From the NCBI GenBank assembly GCA_047605125.1, contig JASGGK010000004.1:163199-227198 (forward strand): 64,000 nucleotides of DNA, written 5' to 3'. The DNA is from Luteolibacter sp. (lineage in GTDB: Bacteria > Verrucomicrobiota > Verrucomicrobiia > Verrucomicrobiales > Akkermansiaceae). The position numbers and the translations under genes are program-made. The notes under the pieces are model-generated. The model searched no databases. It saw only the letters and a program-made list of their open reading frames with translations, and had not been told where the DNA came from. Each line of letters begins with the position of its first letter. The stretch's first letter is position 1. Of the stretch, positions 34,350-43,947 are shown one piece after another.

Positions 34350-35753
34350 ATGTCAGAAAAGACCCGTTTTCACTTCACCGGTATCTGCGGCACCGCCATG
34401 GGCGCAGTAGCCTCCGCCATGAAACAACGCGGCTACGTCGTCACCGGTTCCGACTCGAACGTTTACCCGCCGATGTCCGATTTCCTGCGCGGCCAGGGCA
34501 TTACGATCACGGAAGGCTATCGGGAGGAAAACATCCCGGCGGACACGGACGTGGTGATCATCGGCAACGCGATTTCCCGTGGCAATCCCGAGGCGGAAGC
34601 CGCGCTCGACCGTAAGCTGCTTTACCATTCCCTGCCGGAAGTGATGAAAGAATTCTTCCTGCGCGGAAAACGCAATTTCGTCGTTTCCGGAACGCATGGA
34701 AAAACCACGACCTCGTCCATGCTGGCGTGGCTCTTCCGCCATGCCGGGCGTGATCCGGGTTTCATGATCGGCGGATTGCCGAAAAATCTCGGATGCGGCG
34801 GCCATTTCACTGATTCGGATTTCAACGTGCTCGAAGGCGATGAATACGACACCGCGTTTTTCGACAAGCGTTCGAAGTTCCTCCACTACCTGCCGGAGTG
34901 CGTGGTGGTGAACAACATCGAGTTCGACCACGCGGACATTTATAACTCGCTCGACGAGATCAAGCTGACCTTCAAGCGCCTGCTCAACATCGTGCCGCAA
35001 AGTGGCATGGCGTTCATCAATGGCGACGATCCGAACTGCATCGACGTCGCGGTGAAAGCTCCGTGTCCGGTGACGACGGTCGGTTTCGGCGAAAGCTGCA
35101 CATTGCGGATCGAAAACGTCAGCTACGAGCCGGAATTCAGCTCGTTTACCCTCGGCGGCGTGCCGTATCGCGTGAACATGACCGGCGAATTCAACGTCCG
35201 CAACGCCGCCATGGCCGCCGCCGCCGCGGATTTCGCGGGACTTTCTCCGGAAGAAATCCGCGATGGCCTCGATGCCTTCGAAGGGGTTGCCCGCCGTCAG
35301 GAACTGCGCGGCGAAGTGAACGGCATCAAGGTGATCGATGACTTCGCGCATCACCCGACGGCGATCCGTCTGGCGGTGCAAAGCCTGCGCCAAAAGCATC
35401 CGGGCAAGCGTTTGTGGGTATTGTTCGAGCCGCGCTCCAACACCACGCGCCGCGCTGTTTTCCAAACCGAGCTGGCGGAAGCTCTCGCGGCTGCGGATTT
35501 CTCCGTCGTCGCCGCATTGACCGATCTCCACAAGATCCCGGAAAATGACCGCCTCGATCCGGGCAAACTCTCCGCCGACATCGAAAAATTCGGCGGCAAA
35601 GGCGCTTACCTGCCGGATGTGGAAACCATCGTTTCCTACGTGAAAGACCACGCGCGGTCCGGTGATGTCATCGCCGTACTCTCCAACGGCGGCTTCGGTG
35701 GCATCCACCAGAAATTGCTGAAGGAACTGGGCGAAGTGGCCGTGGAGAAATAG
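34350..35753 (+). CDS. mpl: Murein peptide ligase
   Basis: GICGTAMG, YPPMS, GTHGKTTT, DEYDTAFFDKRSKF, DDFAHHPTA, EPRSNT, SNGGFGG. Confidence 0.95.
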   Translation: MSEKTRFHFTGICGTAMGAVASAMKQRGYVVTGSDSNVYPPMSDFLRGQGITITEGYREENIPADTDVVIIGNAISRGNPEAEAALDRKLLYHSLPEVMKEFFLRGKRNFVVSGTHGKTTTSSMLAWLFRHAGRDPGFMIGGLPKNLGCGGHFTDSDFNVLEGDEYDTAFFDKRSKFLHYLPECVVVNNIEFDHADIYNSLDEIKLTFKRLLNIVPQSGMAFINGDDPNCIDVAVKAPCPVTTVGFGESCTLRIENVSYEPEFSSFTLGGVPYRVNMTGEFNVRNAAMAAAAADFAGLSPEEIRDGLDAFEGVARRQELRGEVNGIKVIDDFAHHPTAIRLAVQSLRQKHPGKRLWVLFEPRSNTTRRAVFQTELAEALAAADFSVVAALTDLHKIPENDRLDPGKLSADIEKFGGKGAYLPDVETIVSYVKDHARSGDVIAVLSNGGFGGIHQKLLKELGEVAVEK

Positions 35754-35777
35754 GGAGCAGGGACATTCTTGTTCCTG
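35754..35777 (+). repeat. GGAG-type REP-like palindrome abutting the mpl stop
   Basis: ggag-cagggaca-ttct-tgttcctg. Confidence 0.6.
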
Positions 35778-35803
35778 TCGATTAAAGTAGCCACCTTTAG
35801 GTC

Positions 35804-36265
35804 ATGCGCTCATTGGCCGTCGCGGCAATCACGCTTTCACTCGCCGGGTGCAGTGACGAATCGCTGCGGCGTTCCGATAGCCCGATTGCATCTTCGGCAT
35901 CATTGGGGCATTTCAATCCTCCACTTCCCTCAAATGCGTTCGACATTTACTTTTTGGATTTTGCTGGTGGCCTGCAAGATCTTGAAAAGTTTGTCCGATT
36001 TAGTGTTCCTCCGACGGAGGTTGGCTCGGCAGTGGATAAAATGATTGCCCGGAATAACCGTCAAATGGGCAGATCGTTGGTTTACCCGCTGCAATCTATT
36101 GCGGCAGCGCCCACGATTACACCAAGATCTGGATTTCTTCCCATGCCGTGGTGGACGCCGTCTGCGATCTCCTCTGGCTATTATCGAGGGGAACAGGACA
36201 GCTATGCGTTGCAAATTTGGGTTGATACCGCATCCGGAACAATTTTCGTCTACCAGAATGACTGA
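35804..36265 (+). CDS. Hypothetical lipoprotein, lower GC than neighbours
   Basis: Lipobox LAGC; atypical codon usage. Confidence 0.7.
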   Translation: MRSLAVAAITLSLAGCSDESLRRSDSPIASSASLGHFNPPLPSNAFDIYFLDFAGGLQDLEKFVRFSVPPTEVGSAVDKMIARNNRQMGRSLVYPLQSIAAAPTITPRSGFLPMPWWTPSAISSGYYRGEQDSYALQIWVDTASGTIFVYQND

Positions 36266-36325
36266 AGGTTAAACTCCGGAGATCATTCCGGCAAGATGGT
36301 AGGCTCAAAGGAGTAAGTAAATCCA

Positions 36326-36349
36326 AGCCGGCGCGAACGTCGGCGTTCC
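36326..36349 (-). repeat. REP-like palindrome (family C, GGAA variant) abutting the rnc stop
   Basis: Minus strand ggaacgccgacgttcgcgccggct; related to the copies at 46413 and 46633. Confidence 0.6.
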
Positions 36350-37033
36350 TTACTTTTCCCAGACGCGTGCTCTGAGCGCTTCGGCGGCGGCGCGGGCTTC
36401 GGCTTCTTTTTTACTTTTGCCTTTTCCGGTGGCGAGGACCAGCTCGCGCCAGGAAACTTCCGCCTGGAAAACCCGGCGGTGGTCCGGGCCGCTCTCGCCG
36501 ACGATCCGGTAGACCGGAGCTTGCGGGTGGATGGCTTGCAGGCATTCCTGCAACTCACCTTTCGGATTCCGTTCTTCCGGGCTATCGGCCATGCTGCCGA
36601 TTTCCGATTTGAAAAGCCGTAGCACGAGTTCGCGGGACGGCTCCATGCCGGAATCCAGATACACCGCGCCGAGCAGCGCTTCGAAGGCGTCCGCGAGTGT
36701 GGAGAGACGGCGGCGGCCGCCGGTCGCTTCTTCGCCCTTCCCGAGGAGCACGTAATCGCCGAGGTGGATGGTCATCGCGAAACGCGCGAGGGCGCGGCGG
36801 GAGACGACGCGGGAGCGGAGTTTCGTGAGATGTCCCTCGGGGAAATTCGGGAACATTTTGAAAAGCTCCTCCGTGATGATGAGCTGGAGGACGGCGTCGC
36901 CGAGGAATTCGAGCCGCTGGTTGTCGAAATGCGGCTTTTGGGACTCGTAGGCGAGACTCGGATGGGTGAGAGCCTCCGCCAGCAACAGCGAGTTACGGAA
37001 TTTATAGTGGATCCGGCTTTCGAGCGGCTGCAT
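36350..37033 (-). CDS. rnc: Ribonuclease III
   Basis: ALTHPS, NQRLEFLGDAVL, ADAFEALLGAVYLD, dsRBD NPKGELQE; start MQPLE at 37033. Confidence 0.97.
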   Translation of the reverse strand: MQPLESRIHYKFRNSLLLAEALTHPSLAYESQKPHFDNQRLEFLGDAVLQLIITEELFKMFPNFPEGHLTKLRSRVVSRRALARFAMTIHLGDYVLLGKGEEATGGRRRLSTLADAFEALLGAVYLDSGMEPSRELVLRLFKSEIGSMADSPEERNPKGELQECLQAIHPQAPVYRIVGESGPDHRRVFQAEVSWRELVLATGKGKSKKEAEARAAAEALRARVWEK

Positions 37034-37108
37034 AAGGGCGTCAAGGGAGGGCCTCCTTCCTCTTCCGAGCCGTTTCGGAATCATTTCCGAAATCTCCGAG
37101 GAGAAAGA

Positions 37109-37185
37109 TGGGGTGATCGACGGGACTCGAACCCGCGACAACCGGAATCACAATCCGGGGCTCTACCAACTGAGCTACGACCACC
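37109..37185 (-). tRNA. tRNA-His (GTG), with encoded G-1 and CCA
   Basis: GGTGGTCGTAGCTCAGTTGGTAGAGC-CCGGA TT GTG AT TCCGG-...GGTTCGAGTCC...GATCACC CCA. Confidence 0.97.
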
Positions 37186-37341
37186 ATTGAGTTGGCGGGG
37201 CGCGAGGGTTATGTGAAGGCCATGGGTTTGGGAAGTGAAAAATGATGCTCTTTCCCAAGAAGTTGATTTTTCCCTGAAATGGCAAGGGTTCCGAGCTTGG
37301 CAGAAACCGCTGGAAAGGCATGCTGGACGGAGTTTTCTCCC

Positions 37342-38940
37342 ATGAAGCGATTTATCCGTCTGTTCCCGGTCGTGCTGTTGGTCGTGTTATGTCAATGCGG
37401 TGCTCCGCATGCGCCGACATGCACCAGCATTCCGCGAATTTCTCGTGTTCCGGCGGATTCCTTGCTGTCGAACGCACGGCAATCGTGGCAGGTGCTGACG
37501 AATTCCTCGAAGAAAGACGAATGGCCTCAGGCGCGGGCGGCTTACAATGACTCCGTGGCCAAGCTTTTCGACCAGCTCCGTTGCGGGAAAAAAGACTGGA
37601 ACGCTCAAGCAGCGCGGCTCGGCACCCGGATCGCCAATCCGAACGACCCGCGCGAGGTGAAACTGGAAACGCTGGACGTGCTTTTCCCCGCCTCGGATGT
37701 AAACATCAAGCCACTTGCCAGCCATCATGTGGTGGAGGGGATCGGCCTGCCGGTGGTGGGCTGGAAGGAAACCTCCGCGCTCGGGCAGCAGCGGAAACCT
37801 TATTTCCTGCCGAGCGGCTTGCCCTATAACGTGACGGTCACGCTTTCCTTCGGGAAATCCGGTCTGCCGGTTTGGCATTTCACGAAACGCTGGCTTTACG
37901 ACGACCTGCAAGTCGGTTCGCTGAAACATCCGCTCGCGGCGGACTGGACGGCGGCGAACGCCTTCTACTGGCACATGTGCCAGCTCGATGATCTCACGAT
38001 CCAAAACGTGGTGCTGCCGGAGCGCTACATCAATGAAACCGGCCTGTATTTCCTCCAGCCTTACGATCCGAACAAGATCCCGGTGGTGATGGTGCATGGA
38101 CTGAAATCCAGCCCGGATGCCTTCAAGTTCATCATCAACGATCTCGCGCCCGAGCCATGGTTTCGTGAAAATTACCAGATCTGGCTCTTCAATTACCCGA
38201 CCGGCACGCCCTGGCTTTACAACGGCATGAAGTTCCGGGAAATGATGCGCTCGGCCATCGCGTATGCGAAGTCGAAGGGCGGCGGCGCGAAATTGAATGA
38301 AATGGTGATCCTCAGCCATTCCATGGGCGGGCTGATCACCCGCTCCAGTGTCACTGATCCGGGTAACCGCATCTACGACGCGCATTTCAAAACCCTGTTT
38401 TCCGAGCTGAAAGTGCGGCCGAAAACCCGCGAACTGATCAAAAACACGATGCTCTACAAGCCGCTCACCGAGCCGAAGCGGGTCGTGTTCATGGCTGTGC
38501 CGCATCGTGGCAGCCCGATGGCGAATCTCCGGCCATCCATCCTCTTCGCGAAACTGGTCCGATTGCCGAAAATCCTCACCGTGGAAATGGTGGATGCCGC
38601 CCTCCACAGCGGCAGCGGCGATCCGAAGGAGACGAAAAAAGTTTCCCTGCCGACCTCGATCACCAGCCTCTCGCCGAAAAGCCGCGGCATCGTCGCGCTC
38701 GGCAAGCTGCCGTTGCCGAAAAACATCATCTTCCATTCGATCATCGGCGATCGTGGAAAAGGCGGGGATTTGCAAAAAAGCAGCGATGGCGTGGTGCCGT
38801 ATTGGTCCTCGCACATCACGCCGGTCGCTTCGGAAAAAATCGTGCCGTATCCTCACGGCGTGACCGATTTCCCGGAAACCTCGGTGGAGCTCAAGCGCAT
38901 CCTCAAGCTCCACCTTCGTGAGTTAGGGATTAGTCGTTGA
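37342..38940 (+). CDS. Exported alpha/beta hydrolase (esterase/lipase family)
   Basis: VVMVHGL, SHSMGG nucleophile elbow, PHRGS, SDGVVPYWSS. Confidence 0.85.
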   Translation: MKRFIRLFPVVLLVVLCQCGAPHAPTCTSIPRISRVPADSLLSNARQSWQVLTNSSKKDEWPQARAAYNDSVAKLFDQLRCGKKDWNAQAARLGTRIANPNDPREVKLETLDVLFPASDVNIKPLASHHVVEGIGLPVVGWKETSALGQQRKPYFLPSGLPYNVTVTLSFGKSGLPVWHFTKRWLYDDLQVGSLKHPLAADWTAANAFYWHMCQLDDLTIQNVVLPERYINETGLYFLQPYDPNKIPVVMVHGLKSSPDAFKFIINDLAPEPWFRENYQIWLFNYPTGTPWLYNGMKFREMMRSAIAYAKSKGGGAKLNEMVILSHSMGGLITRSSVTDPGNRIYDAHFKTLFSELKVRPKTRELIKNTMLYKPLTEPKRVVFMAVPHRGSPMANLRPSILFAKLVRLPKILTVEMVDAALHSGSGDPKETKKVSLPTSITSLSPKSRGIVALGKLPLPKNIIFHSIIGDRGKGGDLQKSSDGVVPYWSSHITPVASEKIVPYPHGVTDFPETSVELKRILKLHLRELGISR

Positions 38941-39622
38941 ACTTGTAGCTCAGGGTCACCATGTAGCCCAATGAGTTGTAGGAGCTGCCAAGGTAAACGC
39001 CTTCCGCCGGTTCGCTGTGGTAAGCCCAAAGCAGCACATCGCCTTTCGCATCGGCGGGGATGGTGACGGCTCCTTGCTCATCCGCCTGCAGCGAGACGGG
39101 TTTCGCGGAGGAGCCGAAAAGCGTCACCTTGCCTGCCGCGAGTGGTTTACCTTTGAAATAAAGCGTGGCTTTGCCTTTTTCCGATGGAACCAGATCGAGA
39201 GTCGTGGTCGGGGTGGCCTCCGCACCAGCCGGTTGAAAGCGGGCGAAGGCGGTGGTGAAGCTGGCGGAAGCCGGCTTGCCTTCCGCCGCCGCGCGTTTCC
39301 GCACGGGGAAAGTGGTTTGGGCGAGCAATGGCAGCTTGGAGGGCACCTCTTCGATCAGGAAGCCGTCCCCTTGTGGCTTTGCCTTGAGCAGTTCCGGATC
39401 GCTGCCGGATTTCGCGGGAAACATGGACCATGCCGAGACGCCCTGCAATTTATCGAGGACTCCCGGTGATTTTTCGTATTCCGGTTTCTCTCCGTTCGAT
39501 CCGGCTTCGCCGAAACGCACGATGAATTTGTCATCCGCGCGCTCGATCCAGAACTGGTGCGCGCTGGCGGATTGGAGGGTGAGTGCGGCGATGCCGCAGG
39601 CAATGAGATAAGCAGGTGTCAT
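38930..39622 (-). CDS. Exported DUF4198-like protein
   Basis: Signal peptide ending ASA-HQFWIE; FGE, LDLVP, FKGKPL; alternative start at 39637. Confidence 0.7.
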   Translation of the reverse strand: MTPAYLIACGIAALTLQSASAHQFWIERADDKFIVRFGEAGSNGEKPEYEKSPGVLDKLQGVSAWSMFPAKSGSDPELLKAKPQGDGFLIEEVPSKLPLLAQTTFPVRKRAAAEGKPASASFTTAFARFQPAGAEATPTTTLDLVPSEKGKATLYFKGKPLAAGKVTLFGSSAKPVSLQADEQGAVTIPADAKGDVLLWAYHSEPAEGVYLGSSYNSLGYMVTLSYKFND

Positions 39623-39704
39623 ACGTGGTCGGGCCATGACGAAGGCTGGCAACGACTTATGAATCACGCGAACGATAAGTTGCGTTTTTTGAGTGTCGGG
39701 TTGC

Positions 39705-39781
39705 GGAGCGCCGGTGTCCTCACCGGCTCGCAAAGGATAAAGTCCGTGCAAGAATTGTGCCGGTGAGGACACTGGCGCTCC
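39705..39781. repeat. Inverted pair of REP family A (REPIN/BIME-like doublet)
   Basis: ggagcgccggtgtcctcaccggc (39705-39727) and gccggtgaggacactggcgctcc (39759-39781). Confidence 0.85.
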
Positions 39782-39829
39782 TTTTTCCGCCTTGCTCCTT
39801 CCCGTCCTGAAACGCTAAATCCCCGCCCC

Positions 39830-41011
39830 GTGACGCCCGAAGCTCAACTTGCCCAACTCACCGCCGGAACCGCCAAAGTCCTTTCCGAAAAAGAACTGCT
39901 GGAAAAACTCCGCCTCGGCCGGCCATTACGCATTAAGCTCGGCGTCGATCCCACCGCACCGGACATCCACCTCGGTCACACGGTGGCGCTGGAAAAACTC
40001 CGCCAGTTCCAGCTTCTCGGGCATCAGGCGGTGTTACTCATCGGTGACTTCACCGCGACCATCGGTGATCCGACCGGACGTTCCTCCACCCGCCCTCCGC
40101 TCACCCGCGACGAGGTTTTGGCGAACGCCGCGACCTACACCGACCAGGCATTCAAGATTCTCGACAAGTCGAAAACCGAGATCGTCTACAACGGCGATTG
40201 GTTCCGCAAGATGACCTACGATGAAATTTTGAAACTCAACGCCCGCGTCACCTTGCAGCAAATGCTCCAGCGCGAAGACTTCCGCACCCGCATCGAAGCC
40301 GGGCAGGAAGTGCGCCTGCACGAGCTGCAATACCCGATCATGCAGGGCTGGGATTCCGTGGAAATCCGCGCCGATGTGGAAATCGGCGGCACCGACCAGC
40401 TTTTCAACATCCTCGTCGGCCGCGATCTCCAGAAGGAAGAAGGCCAGCCGCAGCAGGTCGTGATGGTGATGCCCTTGCTCGAAGGGCTCGATGGCGTGAA
40501 AAAAATGTCCAAGTCCTACGGAAACTACGTCGGCGTTTCCGAACCGGCGCAGGAAATGTTCGGCAAACTCATGAGCGTGTCCGACGAGCTGATGGACCGC
40601 TATTATCTGCTGCTTCTCGGCGAAACCCGTGACGCATCCGGCCACCCGATGGACGCGAAAAAGGCGCTCGCGGAGAAAATCACCGCACGTTACCACGGCG
40701 AAGAAGCCGGGAAAGCCGCACGCGCCGATTGGGACACGCGTTTCTCCAAAAAAGACCTCGCCGCCGCCGATCTGCCGGAGCTTTCGCTCGCGGATCTGCC
40801 CGCCGATCTCACCGTGCTCAGCTTGACGGCCCATGCCTTCAAGGCGGCGTTCGGGCTGGAAAAATCCAATGGCGAGCTGCGCAAGCAATTCATCGTGAGC
40901 GGCTCCGTCCAGCTCAATGGGGAAAAGCTCACGGACCCCGCAGCGGCGGTTTCCCCAGCCGCCGGAGACATCCTCAAGCTCTCGAAAAAGCACGCGGTGC
41001 GATTTAAGTAA
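39830..41011 (+). CDS. tyrS: Tyrosine--tRNA ligase
   Basis: GVDPTAPDIHLGH, GGTDQ, KMSKS, C-terminal S4-like domain. Confidence 0.98.
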   Translation: MTPEAQLAQLTAGTAKVLSEKELLEKLRLGRPLRIKLGVDPTAPDIHLGHTVALEKLRQFQLLGHQAVLLIGDFTATIGDPTGRSSTRPPLTRDEVLANAATYTDQAFKILDKSKTEIVYNGDWFRKMTYDEILKLNARVTLQQMLQREDFRTRIEAGQEVRLHELQYPIMQGWDSVEIRADVEIGGTDQLFNILVGRDLQKEEGQPQQVVMVMPLLEGLDGVKKMSKSYGNYVGVSEPAQEMFGKLMSVSDELMDRYYLLLLGETRDASGHPMDAKKALAEKITARYHGEEAGKAARADWDTRFSKKDLAAADLPELSLADLPADLTVLSLTAHAFKAAFGLEKSNGELRKQFIVSGSVQLNGEKLTDPAAAVSPAAGDILKLSKKHAVRFK

Positions 41012-41085
41012 TCCGGTGGAGGATTACATCGAATTATAGAAATCCATTGGACGCCCGCGGCATTCCGTCCGAGATTCGGGATGCG

Positions 41086-41520
41086 ATGAAAACGACATTC
41101 CTTACCGGTCTTCCTGCGGCGGCTGCCGCCCTGATGTTTGTCAGCTGCGCCACGGGCGCGAAATACGCCGAGGTGCGCGGCACGCTGCCGCCCATTCCGC
41201 CGAAGCAAGGACGGGTGTTCGTTTATCGCCCGAATTTCCTCGCTTCCGAATTCCAGCCTTCGGTGAAAATCGATGGCAATCCGTCCGGAGTTTCACAAGC
41301 CACAGGCTTCTTTTATTCCGATCAATATCCCGGCTCGCATCAGCTCTCGATTTTCACTCCGGGATGGAAGGACACGATCACGGTAAACGTGGAAAAAGGG
41401 CGGGCTTCCTACGTGCGGTGTGACATCCTGCCCGGCATCGCCGGTCCACGCATCCGCCCGGTGCAGGTGGACGAAGCGACCGGGGAAAACGGCATGTGGA
41501 ATACCCGCCTGACGCGGTGA
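41086..41520 (+). CDS. DUF2846-like lipoprotein
   Basis: FVSCATGAKY, GRVFVYRP, PGSHQL. Confidence 0.75.
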   Translation: MKTTFLTGLPAAAAALMFVSCATGAKYAEVRGTLPPIPPKQGRVFVYRPNFLASEFQPSVKIDGNPSGVSQATGFFYSDQYPGSHQLSIFTPGWKDTITVNVEKGRASYVRCDILPGIAGPRIRPVQVDEATGENGMWNTRLTR

Positions 41521-41521
41521 T

Positions 41522-42772
41522 CTATTCCTTTTTCCACCGTGCGAACATCTCCGGCAGCGCGTTCGGGCGGGTGCGCACGACGTAAACGCCCGCGACCGCT
41601 GCCACCGCGCCGCAAACCCAGAAAATCTGGCTGTAGCTGAGGACTTTCGTGAGCTGGCCTTGGGTGATGGAGGCGGCGGCGATGCCGACCCAGGAAAGCC
41701 AGCTTGCGGCGGCTTGCACGGCTCCCTTGATTGTCGGAGCGGGGCGGTGTTGTAGAACGGACACCACCGGGACGATGAAAAATCCACCGCCGAGGCCCAG
41801 AATTCCCAGCGCGATGGCAAACGCCGCTTGCGGAATCCCCGGCCAGCCGAGCGCCACCGCCGCCAGCGCCATGAGCAACGTGCCGCAGGGAATGAGGCCG
41901 TATTCGATCCGATTGTGGGACAATTTTCCCGCAGCACCGCTGCCCAGCGCGATGCCGAGGCTGAGCGCCGCTTGCAGCCACGCCTGCGCGGTCGGCGTGA
42001 GGTGGAAAATCTCTTTCGCGTAAAGCGCGAGGTTGATCTGGATCAGCGTGGCGATGAAGAAAAACGCGGTGTTTCCCCAGTTCGCGCGCCACAGATCGCT
42101 GTCCGTTTTCATGGTGCGCATCTGTGCGTAAATTTCGCCGAGGATGTTCCAGTTGAATTTACGTCCCGGATCGGCGGCGGGGACGCGGGCGATTCCGCGC
42201 GCCGTGAACACGCCGAACATCGCCAGCACGGCGAGCAGCAAGCCGGAGATGCCTTCTTTTTCCGGCAGTTTTTCCGCCAGCCAGCCACCGGCGAACGTGC
42301 CGAGAATGATGCCGATGAAGGTGAGAAGCTCAAGAATCCCGTTGCCGGCGGAGAGCTTCGTGGTTGGCAGGGCTTCGGGCATGATGCCGTATTTTGCCGG
42401 GGCGAAAATCGTGCTGTGCAGGCCCATCATGCAGATGGCGACGAGTTGCAATGGCCGGGAGCCGATCATCAGCGCCCAAGCGGCGAAAAGCATGATGCCG
42501 ACCTCCGCGATTTTCACGCCGATCATCACCGTGCGCTTGCTGTAGCGGTCCGCCAGCCAGCCGCCGACAGTGGAAAACAGGAGGAAGGGAATCGCGAAAA
42601 GCAGCCCGGTGTGGGAAGCGAACGCATCTTTTTCCGCCGTGGTCAGTGGCAGCGCCAGCACGAGGAAGATCACCAGCCAGCGCAGGGCGTTGTCGGAAAA
42701 CGCGCCCTGAAATTGCGTGAACATCAGGTTCCAGAAACCGCGCGGCCAGGATGAAGAGGGTGTTTCAGGCAT
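41522..42772 (-). CDS. MFS transporter (LplT/Aas-type)
   Basis: TQFQGAFSDN, GWLADRYSK, FAPAKYGIMPE, GNG..E. Confidence 0.88.
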   Translation of the reverse strand: MPETPSSSWPRGFWNLMFTQFQGAFSDNALRWLVIFLVLALPLTTAEKDAFASHTGLLFAIPFLLFSTVGGWLADRYSKRTVMIGVKIAEVGIMLFAAWALMIGSRPLQLVAICMMGLHSTIFAPAKYGIMPEALPTTKLSAGNGILELLTFIGIILGTFAGGWLAEKLPEKEGISGLLLAVLAMFGVFTARGIARVPAADPGRKFNWNILGEIYAQMRTMKTDSDLWRANWGNTAFFFIATLIQINLALYAKEIFHLTPTAQAWLQAALSLGIALGSGAAGKLSHNRIEYGLIPCGTLLMALAAVALGWPGIPQAAFAIALGILGLGGGFFIVPVVSVLQHRPAPTIKGAVQAAASWLSWVGIAAASITQGQLTKVLSYSQIFWVCGAVAAVAGVYVVRTRPNALPEMFARWKKE

Positions 42773-42858
42773 GGTGTGAAACTGTGGTAGCACACCCCGC
42801 CGTGGAGCCAATGAATCTTTCAGGGTTGAAACTTCAAATCGCCGGGTGAGCATGGTTC

Positions 42859-43101
42859 ATGGACCTACCCATTCTCTATGTGAAGCCCGGTTGCCCGTGG
42901 TGTGAAGACGTCGTTGCCTATCTCTCGAAAAAGAAGATCGCAGTGAAAAAAGTCATCGTTTCCGGAAACCCCGAAGCCATGGCGGAAATGGTAGCCCTCT
43001 CCGGTCAGCGCAAAGCTCCCACGATGGATTGGCACGGCGCAGTGCTGGCGGACTTTGGGGTGGATGAGCTGGTTCCGTTTTTGAAGGAGCGGGGAATTTG
43101 A
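42859..43101 (+). CDS. Glutaredoxin-family protein
   Basis: CPWC, SGQRKAPT. Confidence 0.88.
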   Translation: MDLPILYVKPGCPWCEDVVAYLSKKKIAVKKVIVSGNPEAMAEMVALSGQRKAPTMDWHGAVLADFGVDELVPFLKERGI

Positions 43102-43164
43102 ATATTGGGAGTTGGGAATTTTATTTATCAGAGGAACAGACTCGGATAGAAGGGGGGCTGTTCC

Positions 43165-43512
43165 ATGACTATTAACCGCAATAACGCACTTAAAGTAGCC
43201 AGTGTTGGCGGATTTATTTATTGGATGGTAATCCTTCTGGCGTTTGTAGGTGATATTGTAACAAATGCCGATTCGAAGTCAGGATTCATACGGCCAGCGA
43301 TGATCTTTATGACATTTATTGGTGCGGGATTTTATTCAATGCTTCTAGCGACATTTCTTAAGCCCATAAAAGAAAAGCAGCCTTTGAAAGAGTGGTCGGA
43401 GTTCGATATGCTCATAGGGTTGTCTCCTGTCCCGATTATTTTGTTTTCCGCTGTGTCGATGGTTGAAAAAATCGTCTCGGAGGGAGTGGATTTTTCAATT
43501 TACCGTTTTTGA
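43165..43512 (+). CDS. AT-rich orphan membrane protein (about 3 TM)
   Basis: Clean 115-aa ORF with three hydrophobic segments; GC visibly below flanks. Confidence 0.6.
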   Translation: MTINRNNALKVASVGGFIYWMVILLAFVGDIVTNADSKSGFIRPAMIFMTFIGAGFYSMLLATFLKPIKEKQPLKEWSEFDMLIGLSPVPIILFSAVSMVEKIVSEGVDFSIYRF

Positions 43513-43535
43513 AGGAATAGGAGTTCACGGATCTC

Positions 43536-43937
43536 TCAATACGCAGGTCTAGGTGTTTTCCCGGCGAGGTGTTTTTCGATGCAGACGATGAGACGATCCA
43601 AAGAGGAGGTTTTGCTGAGGAAGGGGAGTCCGCCGGTGTGGGTTTCGCCGTCGGGGGTGTTTGGGTTTTCTTCGACGAGGGCGGTGAGCATCATGACCGG
43701 GGTGTTGCGGAAATCGGGGTCGTTGCGGAGCATGGCGACGATGTCTCCGCCGTCCATGCCGGGCATGACGACATCGATGATGAAAAGGTCCGGGCGGAAT
43801 TCGCGGGCTTTGGCGAGGGCGGTTTCGGAACTGTTGCATTCCATCACCTGATAGTTGGCGATTTCCTCGAGGTTTTCCTTCAGGAGCGCGGTGAAATCCT
43901 GCTCGTCATCAATAATCAGAATACGGGTTTTATTCAT
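43536..43937 (-). CDS. Single-domain response regulator
   Basis: ILIIDDE, IIDVVMPGMDG, MLTA, FLSK. Confidence 0.92.
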   Translation of the reverse strand: MNKTRILIIDDEQDFTALLKENLEEIANYQVMECNSSETALAKAREFRPDLFIIDVVMPGMDGGDIVAMLRNDPDFRNTPVMMLTALVEENPNTPDGETHTGGLPFLSKTSSLDRLIVCIEKHLAGKTPRPAY

Positions 43938-43947
43938 ATCATTTAGG

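Noticed and set aside
37034-37341. tRNA-His as an island integration site
   Set aside because: No integrase, no duplicated tRNA 3' end seen, and the flanks are core genes (rnc)
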